The notes: generated from the letters alone by a model not told the origin. 64,000 nt of DNA from a virus (IMGVR_UViG_3300027804_002812:192001-256000); one strand, 5' to 3'; numbered from the stretch's first letter, positions 17,815-27,981 are shown. Made by a program: numbers and translations.

Positions 17815-20073
17815 TTACTTCTTCAAATGATTGAACCTGAAGACAATATTCTCCTCTTCAGGTTTATCTGAGAATTTCGGTCCCAAATAATTTTGAAAAT
17901 TGTTTCTCAACTTTGTCTCGATTTGTTTTTCAACCTTTTCAGGAGTTACGTTTGGTATTTCACCTTTCAAATAATTTTCAGGTGTTGGAACTTGTTTTCC
18001 GTCTACCACTTTCAAAACGTCTTGAATGTCCACGTTCACGACGTTTTTGTCGTCAATATCTTCAACGGAAGAAATTTTGAATTTGATGCTAATTTTTGGT
18101 TCCATACCATAGGACGAAGATTTTGCGGTCGAAACTTTTTGGGAAATCAATGAAGGAGCAAGTTCTCTGAATGCCTTTCGTTTAAGTTCCATCACTTTCT
18201 CGTGAGTAGCCCCTCTCTCAATCATTTCCATTTCTTGACGAGACAATAGATAAACTTGAGAGTCCAAAGTATCATTCCATCTATATGGTTGAGAAGCATA
18301 CATTTGTTTTCCTGTGGACGATGAATATCTATCTGAGGTTTCATACCACTTTCCATCTTTGAAGATATAAACTGGATACCATCCATAAGACTCGACAATA
18401 TATATCTTTCCGTCCATTGTTGTTCTCCAATATCCCCTCAAGTTTGAACCTTCAAATGGAAGTTGAGCTTTGGTATAAACTTTGGCGTTATAATTCGGAG
18501 TACGTTTACCTTTCATCTTTCTTGGATCGATAAAGTTATCCTTTGTCAATGATGAATAATCACCATCTTCTCGATAATTCAAAAGATATAATTCCAAAAT
18601 ATATGAAGCATAATCTGCGTCAATCCCAAAATAAGGTAAATAATCCTTGATTGCGGTTTGTAAGTCTCTTTTGTTGTTATAATTACTTTTTTGGGTATTA
18701 AGAATTTTGAATAGTTTGACAATCACCTTATTTGGTTCAATATCGACCGCCTCATTCATCATGTTATCATCAACGCAAGCGGTTAGATAATATTCCATCA
18801 AATCATCACCATACCAACTCTGACACAGTGCAAAAATTCTGTCAATAAATTCTTCATAACTATTCTCAGTAAAATAATCTTCGTTAACCGCAAAAAAATG
18901 TTCAATCGCCATCGCAATAATGTTACCGGAATATTCGTATTCATCATCATAGTCTCCACAAAGATCCGGAAATTCCTCCTGTGTCTCAAGAATATATTTC
19001 ATGAAGGATTCCTTAGTAACCCTCCGTTTCAATCTATCCATTAAGGATGACTCAGATAATAATTCGTGCTGTGATTCAATTACTCTTTCAAGTTGTGATT
19101 CAGTAATAATATATTCTTTTTTTAATTTTTGTTCTGTTAAATTAGATGGGTCATTCCATCCTAACTTTGGATAATTCGAACTTAAATAAAGTTGATTCGG
19201 ACTTTCCAATCCAGCAAGTAATTCTTTTTCAATGTTATTAAAATCGGTATAAGCGATTCTTATTAATTTAATATTATTTTGACTTGTGTATTGATTTTTG
19301 ATTGTATCATAATTTACTCTTTCTTTGAATCTCGTTTCTCCTCCATGTTTCGCATTTGGCTTGAAATGTGGCTCTCCATCGTATTCAACTAAAATTTCTC
19401 TGTTTTCCTTATCCTTCAAATAAAAATCAAATTTCAATCGGGTACATCTATTCGATTCTTTTCCACTTTTACAATCTGAGAATTTTTTTTCTTTTTCGAA
19501 ATCTTTATAACCCTTTTCTATTAAAATATCGTTTAATTTTTTCGCGCCAATAGACCCTTCAGCTTTTCTACATATGGGGCATCCAGTTTTGCCTTGGCGA
19601 AGATTATCTATATTGACCCCATCTTTAGCAAAAACTCCATGGGTATTACCATTTTCGTCTTTTTTTGTACAAAATACATCTTTAACATATCTTCTTATAG
19701 TGTTTCCTCTTGTTTCACGATAAAATGTACTTTGGTCAAAGTTATAACCCCTATCTTTTGGAAAATTTTTTACGTACTCATCGAAGTCCACTCTTTTAGG
19801 TCCCATGCTTAGACGACGACATTCCCTACAACCACCCTCTCCTCTATATAAATAAGAGACTTTCAAATTATTACTGACACCATGTGGATTTCCATTTTCA
19901 TCTTTGATAGGACAATATAAGTTATTCAAATATCTCTGTCCTTTCATATTCGGGCTTAATTCCCCTTTATCAAAGTAATATTCAACATTAGAAAAATCCC
20001 ATTGAGGATATAACGCTTGGAGTTCGGCGGTTACTTGTTCATCGGGTTTCTTGGCTTCAAAAATTAATTTCAT
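17815..20073 (-). CDS. Fusion: Zn-finger repeats + Vsr/PD-(D/E)xK-like endonuclease + leader-tagged hypothetical domains
   Basis: Two C..DENGN.HGV...GC..C repeats; LKFDFYL..ILVEYDGEPHF..KLIRIAY; internal EYIITESQLERVIE; start MKLIFE follows TATTTAT. Confidence 0.75.
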   Translation of the reverse strand: MKLIFEAKKPDEQVTAELQALYPQWDFSNVEYYFDKGELSPNMKGQRYLNNLYCPIKDENGNPHGVSNNLKVSYLYRGEGGCRECRRLSMGPKRVDFDEYVKNFPKDRGYNFDQSTFYRETRGNTIRRYVKDVFCTKKDENGNTHGVFAKDGVNIDNLRQGKTGCPICRKAEGSIGAKKLNDILIEKGYKDFEKEKKFSDCKSGKESNRCTRLKFDFYLKDKENREILVEYDGEPHFKPNAKHGGETRFKERVNYDTIKNQYTSQNNIKLIRIAYTDFNNIEKELLAGLESPNQLYLSSNYPKLGWNDPSNLTEQKLKKEYIITESQLERVIESQHELLSESSLMDRLKRRVTKESFMKYILETQEEFPDLCGDYDDEYEYSGNIIAMAIEHFFAVNEDYFTENSYEEFIDRIFALCQSWYGDDLMEYYLTACVDDNMMNEAVDIEPNKVIVKLFKILNTQKSNYNNKRDLQTAIKDYLPYFGIDADYASYILELYLLNYREDGDYSSLTKDNFIDPRKMKGKRTPNYNAKVYTKAQLPFEGSNLRGYWRTTMDGKIYIVESYGWYPVYIFKDGKWYETSDRYSSSTGKQMYASQPYRWNDTLDSQVYLLSRQEMEMIERGATHEKVMELKRKAFRELAPSLISQKVSTAKSSSYGMEPKISIKFKISSVEDIDDKNVVNVDIQDVLKVVDGKQVPTPENYLKGEIPNVTPEKVEKQIETKLRNNFQNYLGPKFSDKPEEENIVFRFNHLKK

Positions 20074-20126
20074 ATTCATAAATACCCCAAAAAAACAAAA
20101 TCCCTTCAAAATTGTGGGATTATATA

Positions 20127-20483
20127 TTAGTTGTTAGGAAATTCGGTTGAAATTTTACCATTTTCATAGAAAGTGTAATTTTTAAGTAAATTGTGTTCTT
20201 TATACCACCATTTCAACTTTCCAACAAAAGTACCATTATATTTTTCGGAAATGTCTATTACTTTATTCATCACCTCTTCATCGCATTGATAATTCCAGTC
20301 TTGAAGGTTTCTCCCTGAAAATATAACTTGGCCATTTTCCAATTCAGGGGTCAATAAAGCTTTCCGAAGAACAATACATTCATATGTTTGTTCATCTAAC
20401 TCTCGATAAATGTTTTCCAACAATTTTGACTTGTCCCCTGATACAAATTCCAAATTGATGGCATAGTTAAAAATTCCTGTCAT
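20127..20483 (-). CDS. Hypothetical protein
   Basis: 118-aa ORF. Confidence 0.7.
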   Translation of the reverse strand: MTGIFNYAINLEFVSGDKSKLLENIYRELDEQTYECIVLRKALLTPELENGQVIFSGRNLQDWNYQCDEEVMNKVIDISEKYNGTFVGKLKWWYKEHNLLKNYTFYENGKISTEFPNN

Positions 20484-20533
20484 ATTTTTTTTTATTGAAT
20501 ATAAATAGTATCTTTACCTTAAGAAGCATAATT

Positions 20534-21190
20534 ATGAACCCTCGTCTCAAAAATATCATCAAGAATAAACTTTCCGAAGATTTGTCTTCGGTGAGCATTA
20601 TCAATTATAATGGTTCTATTTGGTTTATTGATCCCAAATCCAAATATTGGTACCTTGAACTTTACAAAAAAACTAAAACACTATGGTGGAGATTAGATTT
20701 TTTTGAAGAGTTCTTTATATTGTTCAGCATGGAACAACGTGAGTTTGTGCCAATAATTATTGAGTGGGTGGAAGAGGTATTGAATTCAAGGGTTTATATA
20801 ACAAAAGTGTGGAGGGGTATTGACAGCAACGGGGTGGAAGAGGTATTGAATGGTGAGGTTGTTTCAACTGATGGTCCAGGTGCTGCGAGTACCCGTAGGG
20901 TGGAAGAGGTATTGGATGGTAAGATTCTTTCAACATTAGGTGACCTTCCTCCATCCCAAGTGATGGTGGAAAAGGTATTGAATGGTGAGGTTGTTTCAAC
21001 ACGCCGTCAAAAATTGAGACAAGAAACCCAAGTGGAAGAAATATTGAATGCTGAAGGAGTTTCTGCCGACAGCCAAATTTTTGTTCAAGAAGCAATCGTT
21101 CAGGCGTTAATGAAAAATGTGATTGAGACCACAACTCCTGACTCCAATTCCGATTATTCCCGTGTAGAAGATGCTTTGAATTCAATATAA
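20534..21190 (+). CDS. Hypothetical protein with 22-aa repeat/variable C-terminal array
   Basis: N-domain paralogous to 12230; VEEVLN.. recurs every 22 aa. Confidence 0.8.
   Translation: MNPRLKNIIKNKLSEDLSSVSIINYNGSIWFIDPKSKYWYLELYKKTKTLWWRLDFFEEFFILFSMEQREFVPIIIEWVEEVLNSRVYITKVWRGIDSNGVEEVLNGEVVSTDGPGAASTRRVEEVLDGKILSTLGDLPPSQVMVEKVLNGEVVSTRRQKLRQETQVEEILNAEGVSADSQIFVQEAIVQALMKNVIETTTPDSNSDYSRVEDALNSI
20768..21097 (+). repeat. 66-bp periodic in-frame array: ~35-bp conserved repeat + 31-bp unique segment
   Basis: GTGGAAGAGGTATTGAATGGTGAGGTTGTTTCAAC-type units at 20768, 20834, 20900, 20966, 21032; protein periodicity continues two more degenerate units. Confidence 0.9.
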
Positions 21191-21251
21191 TTCATTTACA
21201 TCTCCATACGTTTATTATGGAGGTTTGATTTTTTTTTGTTATATTTTTTAT

Positions 21252-21635
21252 ATGGAAAAACCTAAAGTTCATAATGTAACGGAATGCCCCTCATGCAAAA
21301 TACCGAAAGGATGGGGTGAAGAAATCATTATCACAAATAATGAATTATATTGTGGTAAATTATTGTGTTTCAAGGAAGGTGCGAAATTCTCAATGCACTA
21401 CCACATGATTAAAGATGAAACTTGGTATGTTGATGAAGGTCAATTCATTTATAGATGGATTGATACAGAAACTGCACAAGTTAATGAACAAATCCTCAAT
21501 GTCGGAGATGTCGTAAGACAACGACCAGGACAACCACATCAACTCGAAGCTCTAACCAAAGGTGTGGTCTTTGAAGTATCAACAGAACATTTTGATTCTG
21601 ATTCATATAGAATATGGAAGGGGGATACGCTATGA
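21252..21635 (+). CDS. Cupin (mannose-6-P isomerase-like) protein
   Basis: PKGWG.E, FSMHYHMIKDETWYV, PGQPHQL.A, EVST.H. Confidence 0.8.
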   Translation: MEKPKVHNVTECPSCKIPKGWGEEIIITNNELYCGKLLCFKEGAKFSMHYHMIKDETWYVDEGQFIYRWIDTETAQVNEQILNVGDVVRQRPGQPHQLEALTKGVVFEVSTEHFDSDSYRIWKGDTL

Positions 21636-22033
21636 AGATTTGGTTAAATGGTTGTTTTGATATCCTACATCACGGACACTTCAAATTAATACAACACGCC
21701 GCATCATTCGGTGGTCAAGTCATAATCGGAATTGATTCTGATGAACGAGTAAAAAAACTGAAAGGAGAAGGAAGACCATTCCATTCTGAAAGTGAAAGAT
21801 CATTTAATCTTAAACAAATCAAAGGTGTTGATACCGTAGTGGTGTTCGATTCTGATGAAAAATTAAGAGAACTTCTTGAACGATATAAACCTGATAAATT
21901 TTTTATTGGATCAGATTATCTTGGTAAAGAAATAATCGGGCAAGAATTTGCAAAGCAAGTTGTAATCTTCAATAGATTAGATAAATTTTCTACCACCGAC
22001 ATATTAAATTATGCAAATAACAATAATAGGTGA
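21632..22033 (+). CDS. hldC: Cytidylyl/adenylyltransferase (RfaE domain II / HldC-like)
   Basis: NGCFDILHHGH HIGH motif, GIDSDERVKKLKG.GRP, GSDY, STT. Confidence 0.82.
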   Translation: MKIWLNGCFDILHHGHFKLIQHAASFGGQVIIGIDSDERVKKLKGEGRPFHSESERSFNLKQIKGVDTVVVFDSDEKLRELLERYKPDKFFIGSDYLGKEIIGQEFAKQVVIFNRLDKFSTTDILNYANNNNR

Positions 22034-22754
22034 ATTATGTCATGATGTGTTCATCTATGGTGATGTAAAACGTTTATGTCCCGAAGCTCCTGTTCCAGTT
22101 CTCACAGACATTGTAACAGAGTCGAATTTGGGAATGGCAGGAAACGTAAGAGAAAACCTATGGGCACACAATCCCTCATTAAAAATATCGATAATCAATC
22201 AAACCAATTCAATTAAGAAAACAAGATACATCGATGAGAAAACAAACCATATGTTTCTCCGAGTCGACGAAGGTGAAGATAATATCGATTCATTAGTACT
22301 TACTCCAGAAAAAATTGAAGATATTTCAGAATCCGATTTGGTAATTGTTAGTGATTATAACAAAGGATTCTTAAGTGAAGAAACCCTGATTCAAATTGGT
22401 AAATTATCAAAACTATCCGTAATCGATACCAAAAAAATAATCACGGAAGACCTTATCAACTCATTCACATTCATAAAACTAAATGAACATGAATATCAAA
22501 GAAATAAAAATATTTCTGATAAGAATAAAGATAAGTTTATAATTACATTAGGAATGAACGGAGCAAAACATAACGACATTGTATTTCCATCACCGTCTCC
22601 AAAACAAACCATAGACGTGAGTGGAGCTGGAGATACATTCACAGCATTTTTTAGTTTGAAATATTCTGAAACAAAAAATATTTCAGAATCAATAACATTT
22701 GCAAATCAGATGGCATCAATTGTAGTATCCAAAAGGGGAGTTGCAACACCTTAA
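22011..22754 (+). CDS. hldA: PfkB-family heptose kinase (RfaE domain I / HldA-like)
   Basis: RLCPEAPVPV, GMAGNV, SDYNKG, DVSGAGDTF. Confidence 0.85.
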   Translation: MQITIIGELCHDVFIYGDVKRLCPEAPVPVLTDIVTESNLGMAGNVRENLWAHNPSLKISIINQTNSIKKTRYIDEKTNHMFLRVDEGEDNIDSLVLTPEKIEDISESDLVIVSDYNKGFLSEETLIQIGKLSKLSVIDTKKIITEDLINSFTFIKLNEHEYQRNKNISDKNKDKFIITLGMNGAKHNDIVFPSPSPKQTIDVSGAGDTFTAFFSLKYSETKNISESITFANQMASIVVSKRGVATP

Positions 22755-22766
22755 ATAAAAACACTT

Positions 22767-23720
22767 ATGAGAAAATATTTTTATTATCCACATACACAAG
22801 AAAATAGAATTACAGAGGATTCCAAACTTTTAATTGGGATTGGTGATAGTTTTTGTGCAGGACGAGGAGCATGTTCCATAGAGATATGGGAAAAATATGG
22901 CTGGGACATGGAAAGAATGTATGGTGAAGGTGGAGCGGAAGTGGAGGAATCAAACTACGCAAACTCTTGGGTAAATCAACTGTGTAAAAATCATATGCCA
23001 GATTGGACACCATTGAATTTAGGAATGTCAGGTAAAGGGAATCGATACGCAATAAAAGAATTGATGGTTAATCCACTTTTAGGTATTGAAAAGGCAAAAG
23101 AGAAAATTGTAGTTTTTGCGGTTTCAGGATTCGAAAGATTTGACTTGGCAAAAGATTTAGTTGGCGAAGAACATTTTACAACACAATGGCCTGTCTATGG
23201 TGGTTACAAAGAAAAAAAGTTAGGGTATTCAGAATTAACTTTAGAAAATGGTGATTCTCTTTATTCTGAAAAATTTGTAATAAGTGAATTTATTTTGAAC
23301 ATTATTGAATTGATGAATTGGTGTAAACTACACAATGCAAAACTATTGTTAATGAGTGCGTTTACACCAGAATTTAATAAAAATCATTTTATCGATGTAT
23401 TATCTCCAAATGTAACATCAGTTTTAGGTCAAATGAAATTAGATGAATTAATATGGTCTGTTCCATGGGAAAGAATAATTCGACCACTTGGTTTTAGTTG
23501 TATCACTGACATGTTGATGCATTTAGAAGGGTGGGATAAGGATTTACCTGGATACGGTTTTAGAAATGTGAAAATTGACACTATCGGGCCAAATGGTTAC
23601 ATGACCAAATGTCAACATCCAAGTGAAAAAGGTCACAAACTTTTAGCAGAAATTATTTACGAACACATTTTGAAGTATGACGAAATATCTCCGAATGTTA
23701 AAAAAACAAGAATGATTTAA
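22767..23720 (+). CDS. SGNH-like paralog 2
   Basis: IGDSF, NLGMSGKGN, QHPSEKGH. Confidence 0.75.
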   Translation: MRKYFYYPHTQENRITEDSKLLIGIGDSFCAGRGACSIEIWEKYGWDMERMYGEGGAEVEESNYANSWVNQLCKNHMPDWTPLNLGMSGKGNRYAIKELMVNPLLGIEKAKEKIVVFAVSGFERFDLAKDLVGEEHFTTQWPVYGGYKEKKLGYSELTLENGDSLYSEKFVISEFILNIIELMNWCKLHNAKLLLMSAFTPEFNKNHFIDVLSPNVTSVLGQMKLDELIWSVPWERIIRPLGFSCITDMLMHLEGWDKDLPGYGFRNVKIDTIGPNGYMTKCQHPSEKGHKLLAEIIYEHILKYDEISPNVKKTRMI

Positions 23721-23723
23721 TTA

Positions 23724-24053
23724 TTAAAGACTAAAACTTTCACCACAACCACAGGTTCTTGTTGCGTTTGGGTTCTTCCATTCAAACCCTTTACCATTCA
23801 GACCATCTCCATAATCCAACTCGGTTCCTGCCAAGTATAAGAGAGATAATTTATTAATACAGACCTTAATAGAATCGAGGTCAACGATTGTATCACTTGG
23901 TTCCTCCTTATCATCAAATTTCATTTGATAAGATAATCCACTACATCCTCCTCCAATTACTCCGACTCTTAACTTATGAGTTTCAGGGGATATACCCTCA
24001 TTCTCCATTAAAATTAAAAGTTGATTTTTTGCTCGTTCAGAAACAGTTACCAT
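23724..24053 (-). CDS. iscA: A-type Fe-S cluster carrier (IscA/HesB family)
   Basis: LRVGVIGGGCSGLSY, GTELDY, NPNATRTCGCGESF. Confidence 0.95.
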   Translation of the reverse strand: MVTVSERAKNQLLILMENEGISPETHKLRVGVIGGGCSGLSYQMKFDDKEEPSDTIVDLDSIKVCINKLSLLYLAGTELDYGDGLNGKGFEWKNPNATRTCGCGESFSL

Positions 24054-24078
24054 TTTAATAGTTTTTACGATGAATATA

Positions 24079-24381
24079 TTAAAGAATACTTAATTCGGCA
24101 ACTTCTACGCCAGTTAAATCATATAAAAGTTTTCTTATTATTTTTTGGACTTCTTTGTCACTGAGTAAAAATAAGTTCATAATTGAACCGAAAATATTTC
24201 CATCAATACTGAAATAATACGCGTTCATTTCAGGTGAATAGGATAACAGTGCAGTTTCATATCCATTTTTAACAAAAATCTCCAATGTTGGAATTTCGGA
24301 CTTTTTCAACTCCCCTAATTCGTCGAGTAAGTATTTCGTTGCAATTGTCTGTAATCTTGATTGGTTAATTTGATATTTCAT
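24079..24381 (-). CDS. ~100-aa paralog family member (variant leader)
   Basis: MKYQINQSRLQ..KYL..F.L....I.. Confidence 0.7.
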   Translation of the reverse strand: MKYQINQSRLQTIATKYLLDELGELKKSEIPTLEIFVKNGYETALLSYSPEMNAYYFSIDGNIFGSIMNLFLLSDKEVQKIIRKLLYDLTGVEVAELSIL

Positions 24382-24709
24382 CTAAATCGATATGATTAAA
24401 GCTTCCAAAATAAATTTTTGTCGGTGGTTCGATACCAAGGTAGTTAGAGAACCATTTTCTAATTGACTCTTTTTTTTGTTCATAGTCAAGTGAAAACATA
24501 TTTTCTAATGGATCCGAAATTTTTGCTCTGTCAAAGACTATTTTATCTTCAGGTTTTGACCACATAAAAACTATTTCCCCATCTTTCAAATAAAAATCCC
24601 AGTTTTTATATAATTTTCCACCTGAAAACGAATCCAAATTGTTATAGGTATCATTCAAAAAATATGCTCCCAAGTCAATCAGTCTCGATTCTGTAATTAT
24701 TACCTTCAT
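24365..24709 (-). CDS. ~100-aa paralog family member (leader-tagged)
   Basis: MKVIITESRL..MFSL..IRKWF. Confidence 0.75.
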   Translation of the reverse strand: MKVIITESRLIDLGAYFLNDTYNNLDSFSGGKLYKNWDFYLKDGEIVFMWSKPEDKIVFDRAKISDPLENMFSLDYEQKKESIRKWFSNYLGIEPPTKIYFGSFNHIDLDEISN

Positions 24710-24721
24710 GAATAATAAATA

Positions 24722-25507
24722 TCAAAACAAATCCGATTCCAATTTTTTAATGATTGAATTGGCAACTATACGATGACATTTCAAAGATGGATGAAAATCT
24801 TTGGGAGGTTCTTCAAAATTATCAGTGTCATTAATTATCATTAGTTTTTTATCAAATGCAAAAAGGTCACCAAAGTTTTTGAAGGTAGTTCCATTATATT
24901 CAATATCAATAAATCTACTTTTGATAAACTCATCATTTTTTATTAAATCAAAATAATCATCGGTAATTGCCAGCATATAACATTTGATACCTTTGTCTTC
25001 GAGAAAAAGGAACAAATCCCTTATTTTATTATAGTATGTTATTTTCAATTCTTTCCAAAACTCTTTAACATTTGGAGAAATGTTGGGATAATTTTTCCAT
25101 ACTTTCGCCAAATCTCCAATCCATATTTCTTTACCGTCCTTAATCAAAGAACATCTATCCAAATAACTTGTCTGAAAAACAAGATGAGAAATTTCACTAA
25201 AATCTAAATCTACTTTCGCCCATTTTGGTTCCCACGTATTGAATCTTAGTAATTCAGGAACAAATTCTAAATTCAATTTATCAGATCCAGAAGTAAAATC
25301 TCTAATAACCTCGGGAGTCCCAAAATATTTACTCACTAATCTTGGGAATCGGTTTTTTCTCATAAAATCCAAACTCACAGGAAACTCTTTTGGGGACACC
25401 CATACATCATCTTTTGACATCCCTTCTTCTTTGGTATATTGCCATAATCCATGTCCGTACGTAAATGAACATCCTGCAAAAATTATACGTTTCATTTTAT
25501 AGTCCAT
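24722..25507 (-). CDS. SGNH-like paralog 3
   Basis: AGCSFTYG, DFHPS. Confidence 0.72.
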   Translation of the reverse strand: MDYKMKRIIFAGCSFTYGHGLWQYTKEEGMSKDDVWVSPKEFPVSLDFMRKNRFPRLVSKYFGTPEVIRDFTSGSDKLNLEFVPELLRFNTWEPKWAKVDLDFSEISHLVFQTSYLDRCSLIKDGKEIWIGDLAKVWKNYPNISPNVKEFWKELKITYYNKIRDLFLFLEDKGIKCYMLAITDDYFDLIKNDEFIKSRFIDIEYNGTTFKNFGDLFAFDKKLMIINDTDNFEEPPKDFHPSLKCHRIVANSIIKKLESDLF

Positions 25508-26255
25508 GTTTTTTATTCATGTAAGTTATTAAATTATCCGCCCACCATTCACAAATTGGATACGTTGGATGTCCGTTATTTTCATTACCATCAAAATCTT
25601 TATGATTGTTCATTGCGACAAACATATTACCTAAATCAGAGAAAAAAGTATCATCATTCAAAATACTTTTCCTCACATTTGAATCGAATAATTGTAAAGA
25701 TGCTTTAATACAATTCACATCCTTTTCATAATCGGGAAGATAATCCATAATTGACCCTATACCCTCAAACATTACGAAATCAATATTTTTCGATATTAAA
25801 TAGTTTTTTACCAATATCATGTAATGGATTGTTCGGAGTATATTTTCTTGATAATCCCACCAAATTGAGTTAAAAAACTTTTCGTTTTTTTCAAAAACAT
25901 CTTTATCTTCAAATTTTATCCAAGGGATTGAATAGGTTTGTCCCTTGAAAATATCCGAATTAACTACATTATATAATTTATCATCACTGTTCCAAACCTC
26001 TCTTCTGACTGATTGACTCCATTGAATTCCAACACAAATATCCGTCATATCATTATTTTCACAATAAGAAATACATTGAGACATTATTGTATAATTTGTT
26101 GAGCCCGGCATCCCGACAGGAATTTTTTCACAACCAAGTCGTTTAGCCAATGAATCTCCCCAAGAATAATCTTTAGTAAAATTATCTCCTTGAGTAAATG
26201 AACATCCACAAACTAAAAGTGATTTATATTTTTTTGAAGGATTGATTAATCCCAT
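25497..26255 (-). CDS. SGNH-like paralog 4
   Basis: CGCSFTQG, GMPGSTN, NGHPT. Confidence 0.72.
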   Translation of the reverse strand: MGLINPSKKYKSLLVCGCSFTQGDNFTKDYSWGDSLAKRLGCEKIPVGMPGSTNYTIMSQCISYCENNDMTDICVGIQWSQSVRREVWNSDDKLYNVVNSDIFKGQTYSIPWIKFEDKDVFEKNEKFFNSIWWDYQENILRTIHYMILVKNYLISKNIDFVMFEGIGSIMDYLPDYEKDVNCIKASLQLFDSNVRKSILNDDTFFSDLGNMFVAMNNHKDFDGNENNGHPTYPICEWWADNLITYMNKKHGL

Positions 26256-26269
26256 ATTATGTGATTGAT

Positions 26270-26971
26270 TTAATTGAAAAATTTATTTAACAAGTATCTA
26301 CCAAAATGTAAATTCATTTTGTAACTCCAATGAAAATCCCCTTCTAATCCATAACAACCATCTGTGGATAAAAAAACATCTTGATGAGTTTCCCAAAATC
26401 CAATGTTATCCTCCAAGGTATTTCTATCTTCTATTTTTTGAGATTTGATGTCCATGTTATCCCAAGAAAATACGTAAGTTCTACATTTTGTCAATTCGAT
26501 CAAGGATTCAATAACTTCGATTGTTGTTTTTTGATTTGAGATTGACGTATTAATAATTTCTTGGTGAGATAGTTCGTTTTCAAAGTATTTCCAAGAGTAT
26601 TCCTGACCCCAAAATTCTAAAGATGTGTAATCATTATTGTATGATGGAGTCCCCACAAATCGAGTATAAAGTATATCCTCGTCAATTTTTGATTGAGTGT
26701 AGTGGTTTTCCAAAAGTGGTAATCTAGTTCGTCTGAAGTATGGGAGACAAATGATTAAAAAATCATCTTCCTTCAAATTTTTAATAACTCGAATCCAATT
26801 TTCGATTATTGTTTGCACGTCTCGGCTAGGGAAAGAATCAACTATTACCCGATAATCAACAAGTTTATCTTTTAATACATCGGGCCAAAAATTCTTGGAT
26901 TCATTTGGTTGGGGTTCAACCCAATCCATTCTTCCGCAAAAACTATCACCAATTATTATTATTTTATTCAT
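26270..26971 (-). CDS. SGNH-like paralog 5
   Basis: IGDSF, DFHWS. Confidence 0.7.
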   Translation of the reverse strand: MNKIIIIGDSFCGRMDWVEPQPNESKNFWPDVLKDKLVDYRVIVDSFPSRDVQTIIENWIRVIKNLKEDDFLIICLPYFRRTRLPLLENHYTQSKIDEDILYTRFVGTPSYNNDYTSLEFWGQEYSWKYFENELSHQEIINTSISNQKTTIEVIESLIELTKCRTYVFSWDNMDIKSQKIEDRNTLEDNIGFWETHQDVFLSTDGCYGLEGDFHWSYKMNLHFGRYLLNKFFN

Positions 26972-27675
26972 CAGATTAATTTGTCTTTGATATGAGAATA
27001 AAAAATTTCACCTAAAATTCGATGCCCACTTTCTCCGAAGTGTAAATCTTTTATCAGTCCATTAGTTTCTTCCAATAATCTTTGTCCTTTTCTTCTAAAA
27101 ACTTCGTCAAATATTGTTTCTCCATTCTTAATATATCCGTTCCCAATATATTTCGATTGTTTATTTATCTTTTCATTTGGATAGATTATTTGATAGTCGG
27201 CAGACCAAAAATATAATTTGAAACCAACTGATTTTGATAACGCTTCAATGATTTTTTCAAAATCATAAATTTGTTCGATATATAATTCGTGAGTACGATT
27301 GATAATAATATTATTGTGTGTGTTTTCCTCAATAATATCAGGTGTCACATTATCAGGACCTAAACTTTGCCAATGATTACCAAGAAAATGGGCCCACCTG
27401 AATCTGATAATATAAGACCATTCGATAATTACAGTATCACTTGAAGTAAATTCGGAACAATGTTTACATACATCCTGAAAGATTTGGTCATTTCCGTTCC
27501 CTCCTCTACCATAGTTAACCAAATCTAAATTTAGTTTATTGGCAAGAACTTGTCCCCAAGTCGGAGGAAAATTATATCCCCTAAACTTATAGTAATCCAA
27601 ATAAAACTGATTCAACCCAGGCCCATGACTAAATTCGGCAGTATAACTACATCCAAACAAAAATAATTTCCCCAT
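26971..27675 (-). CDS. SGNH-like paralog 6
   Basis: FGCSY, NYGRGGNGN, DLHFGESGH. Confidence 0.75.
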   Translation of the reverse strand: MGKLFLFGCSYTAEFSHGPGLNQFYLDYYKFRGYNFPPTWGQVLANKLNLDLVNYGRGGNGNDQIFQDVCKHCSEFTSSDTVIIEWSYIIRFRWAHFLGNHWQSLGPDNVTPDIIEENTHNNIIINRTHELYIEQIYDFEKIIEALSKSVGFKLYFWSADYQIIYPNEKINKQSKYIGNGYIKNGETIFDEVFRRKGQRLLEETNGLIKDLHFGESGHRILGEIFYSHIKDKLI

Positions 27676-27684
27676 ACTTAAAAA

Positions 27685-27903
27685 TTAATACAGCTCTAAT
27701 ATATCTCCCTCCACATCATCGATGTTTCCAGGTGTATCATCATCCCAAGATATTTCAATCCATTTTTGTTCACCCTTCATTTCACTAACTTCTACTGAAA
27801 AAGGATAGATAGCACCTTTATTATCAGTATAATAACCGTAAGAAGTTTTCACGACCATAAAATTTTTTTTATCAATTGTAATCCCCATATCTTTTTTTTT
27901 CAA
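27685..27903 (-). CDS. Hypothetical protein
   Basis: Start may be 27888 (MGITID). Confidence 0.65.
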   Translation of the reverse strand: MKKKDMGITIDKKNFMVVKTSYGYYTDNKGAIYPFSVEVSEMKGEQKWIEISWDDDTPGNIDDVEGDILELY

Positions 27904-27981
27904 AAATAATAAATTTCAGTTAAAATTCAAAAAAAAACCCAACTATTAATAGTTGGGGGTTTTGATAATATTTTGAGAATC

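Noticed and set aside
20768-21097. Canonical CRISPR array
   Set aside because: Repeats are degenerate, lie in frame within a coding gene with a paralogous N-domain, and no cas genes are recognisable in the window. Kept as a CRISPR-like coding array instead.
22784-22792. Isolated perfect DnaA box
   Set aside because: Single, inside a CDS; about one is expected by chance in the window.
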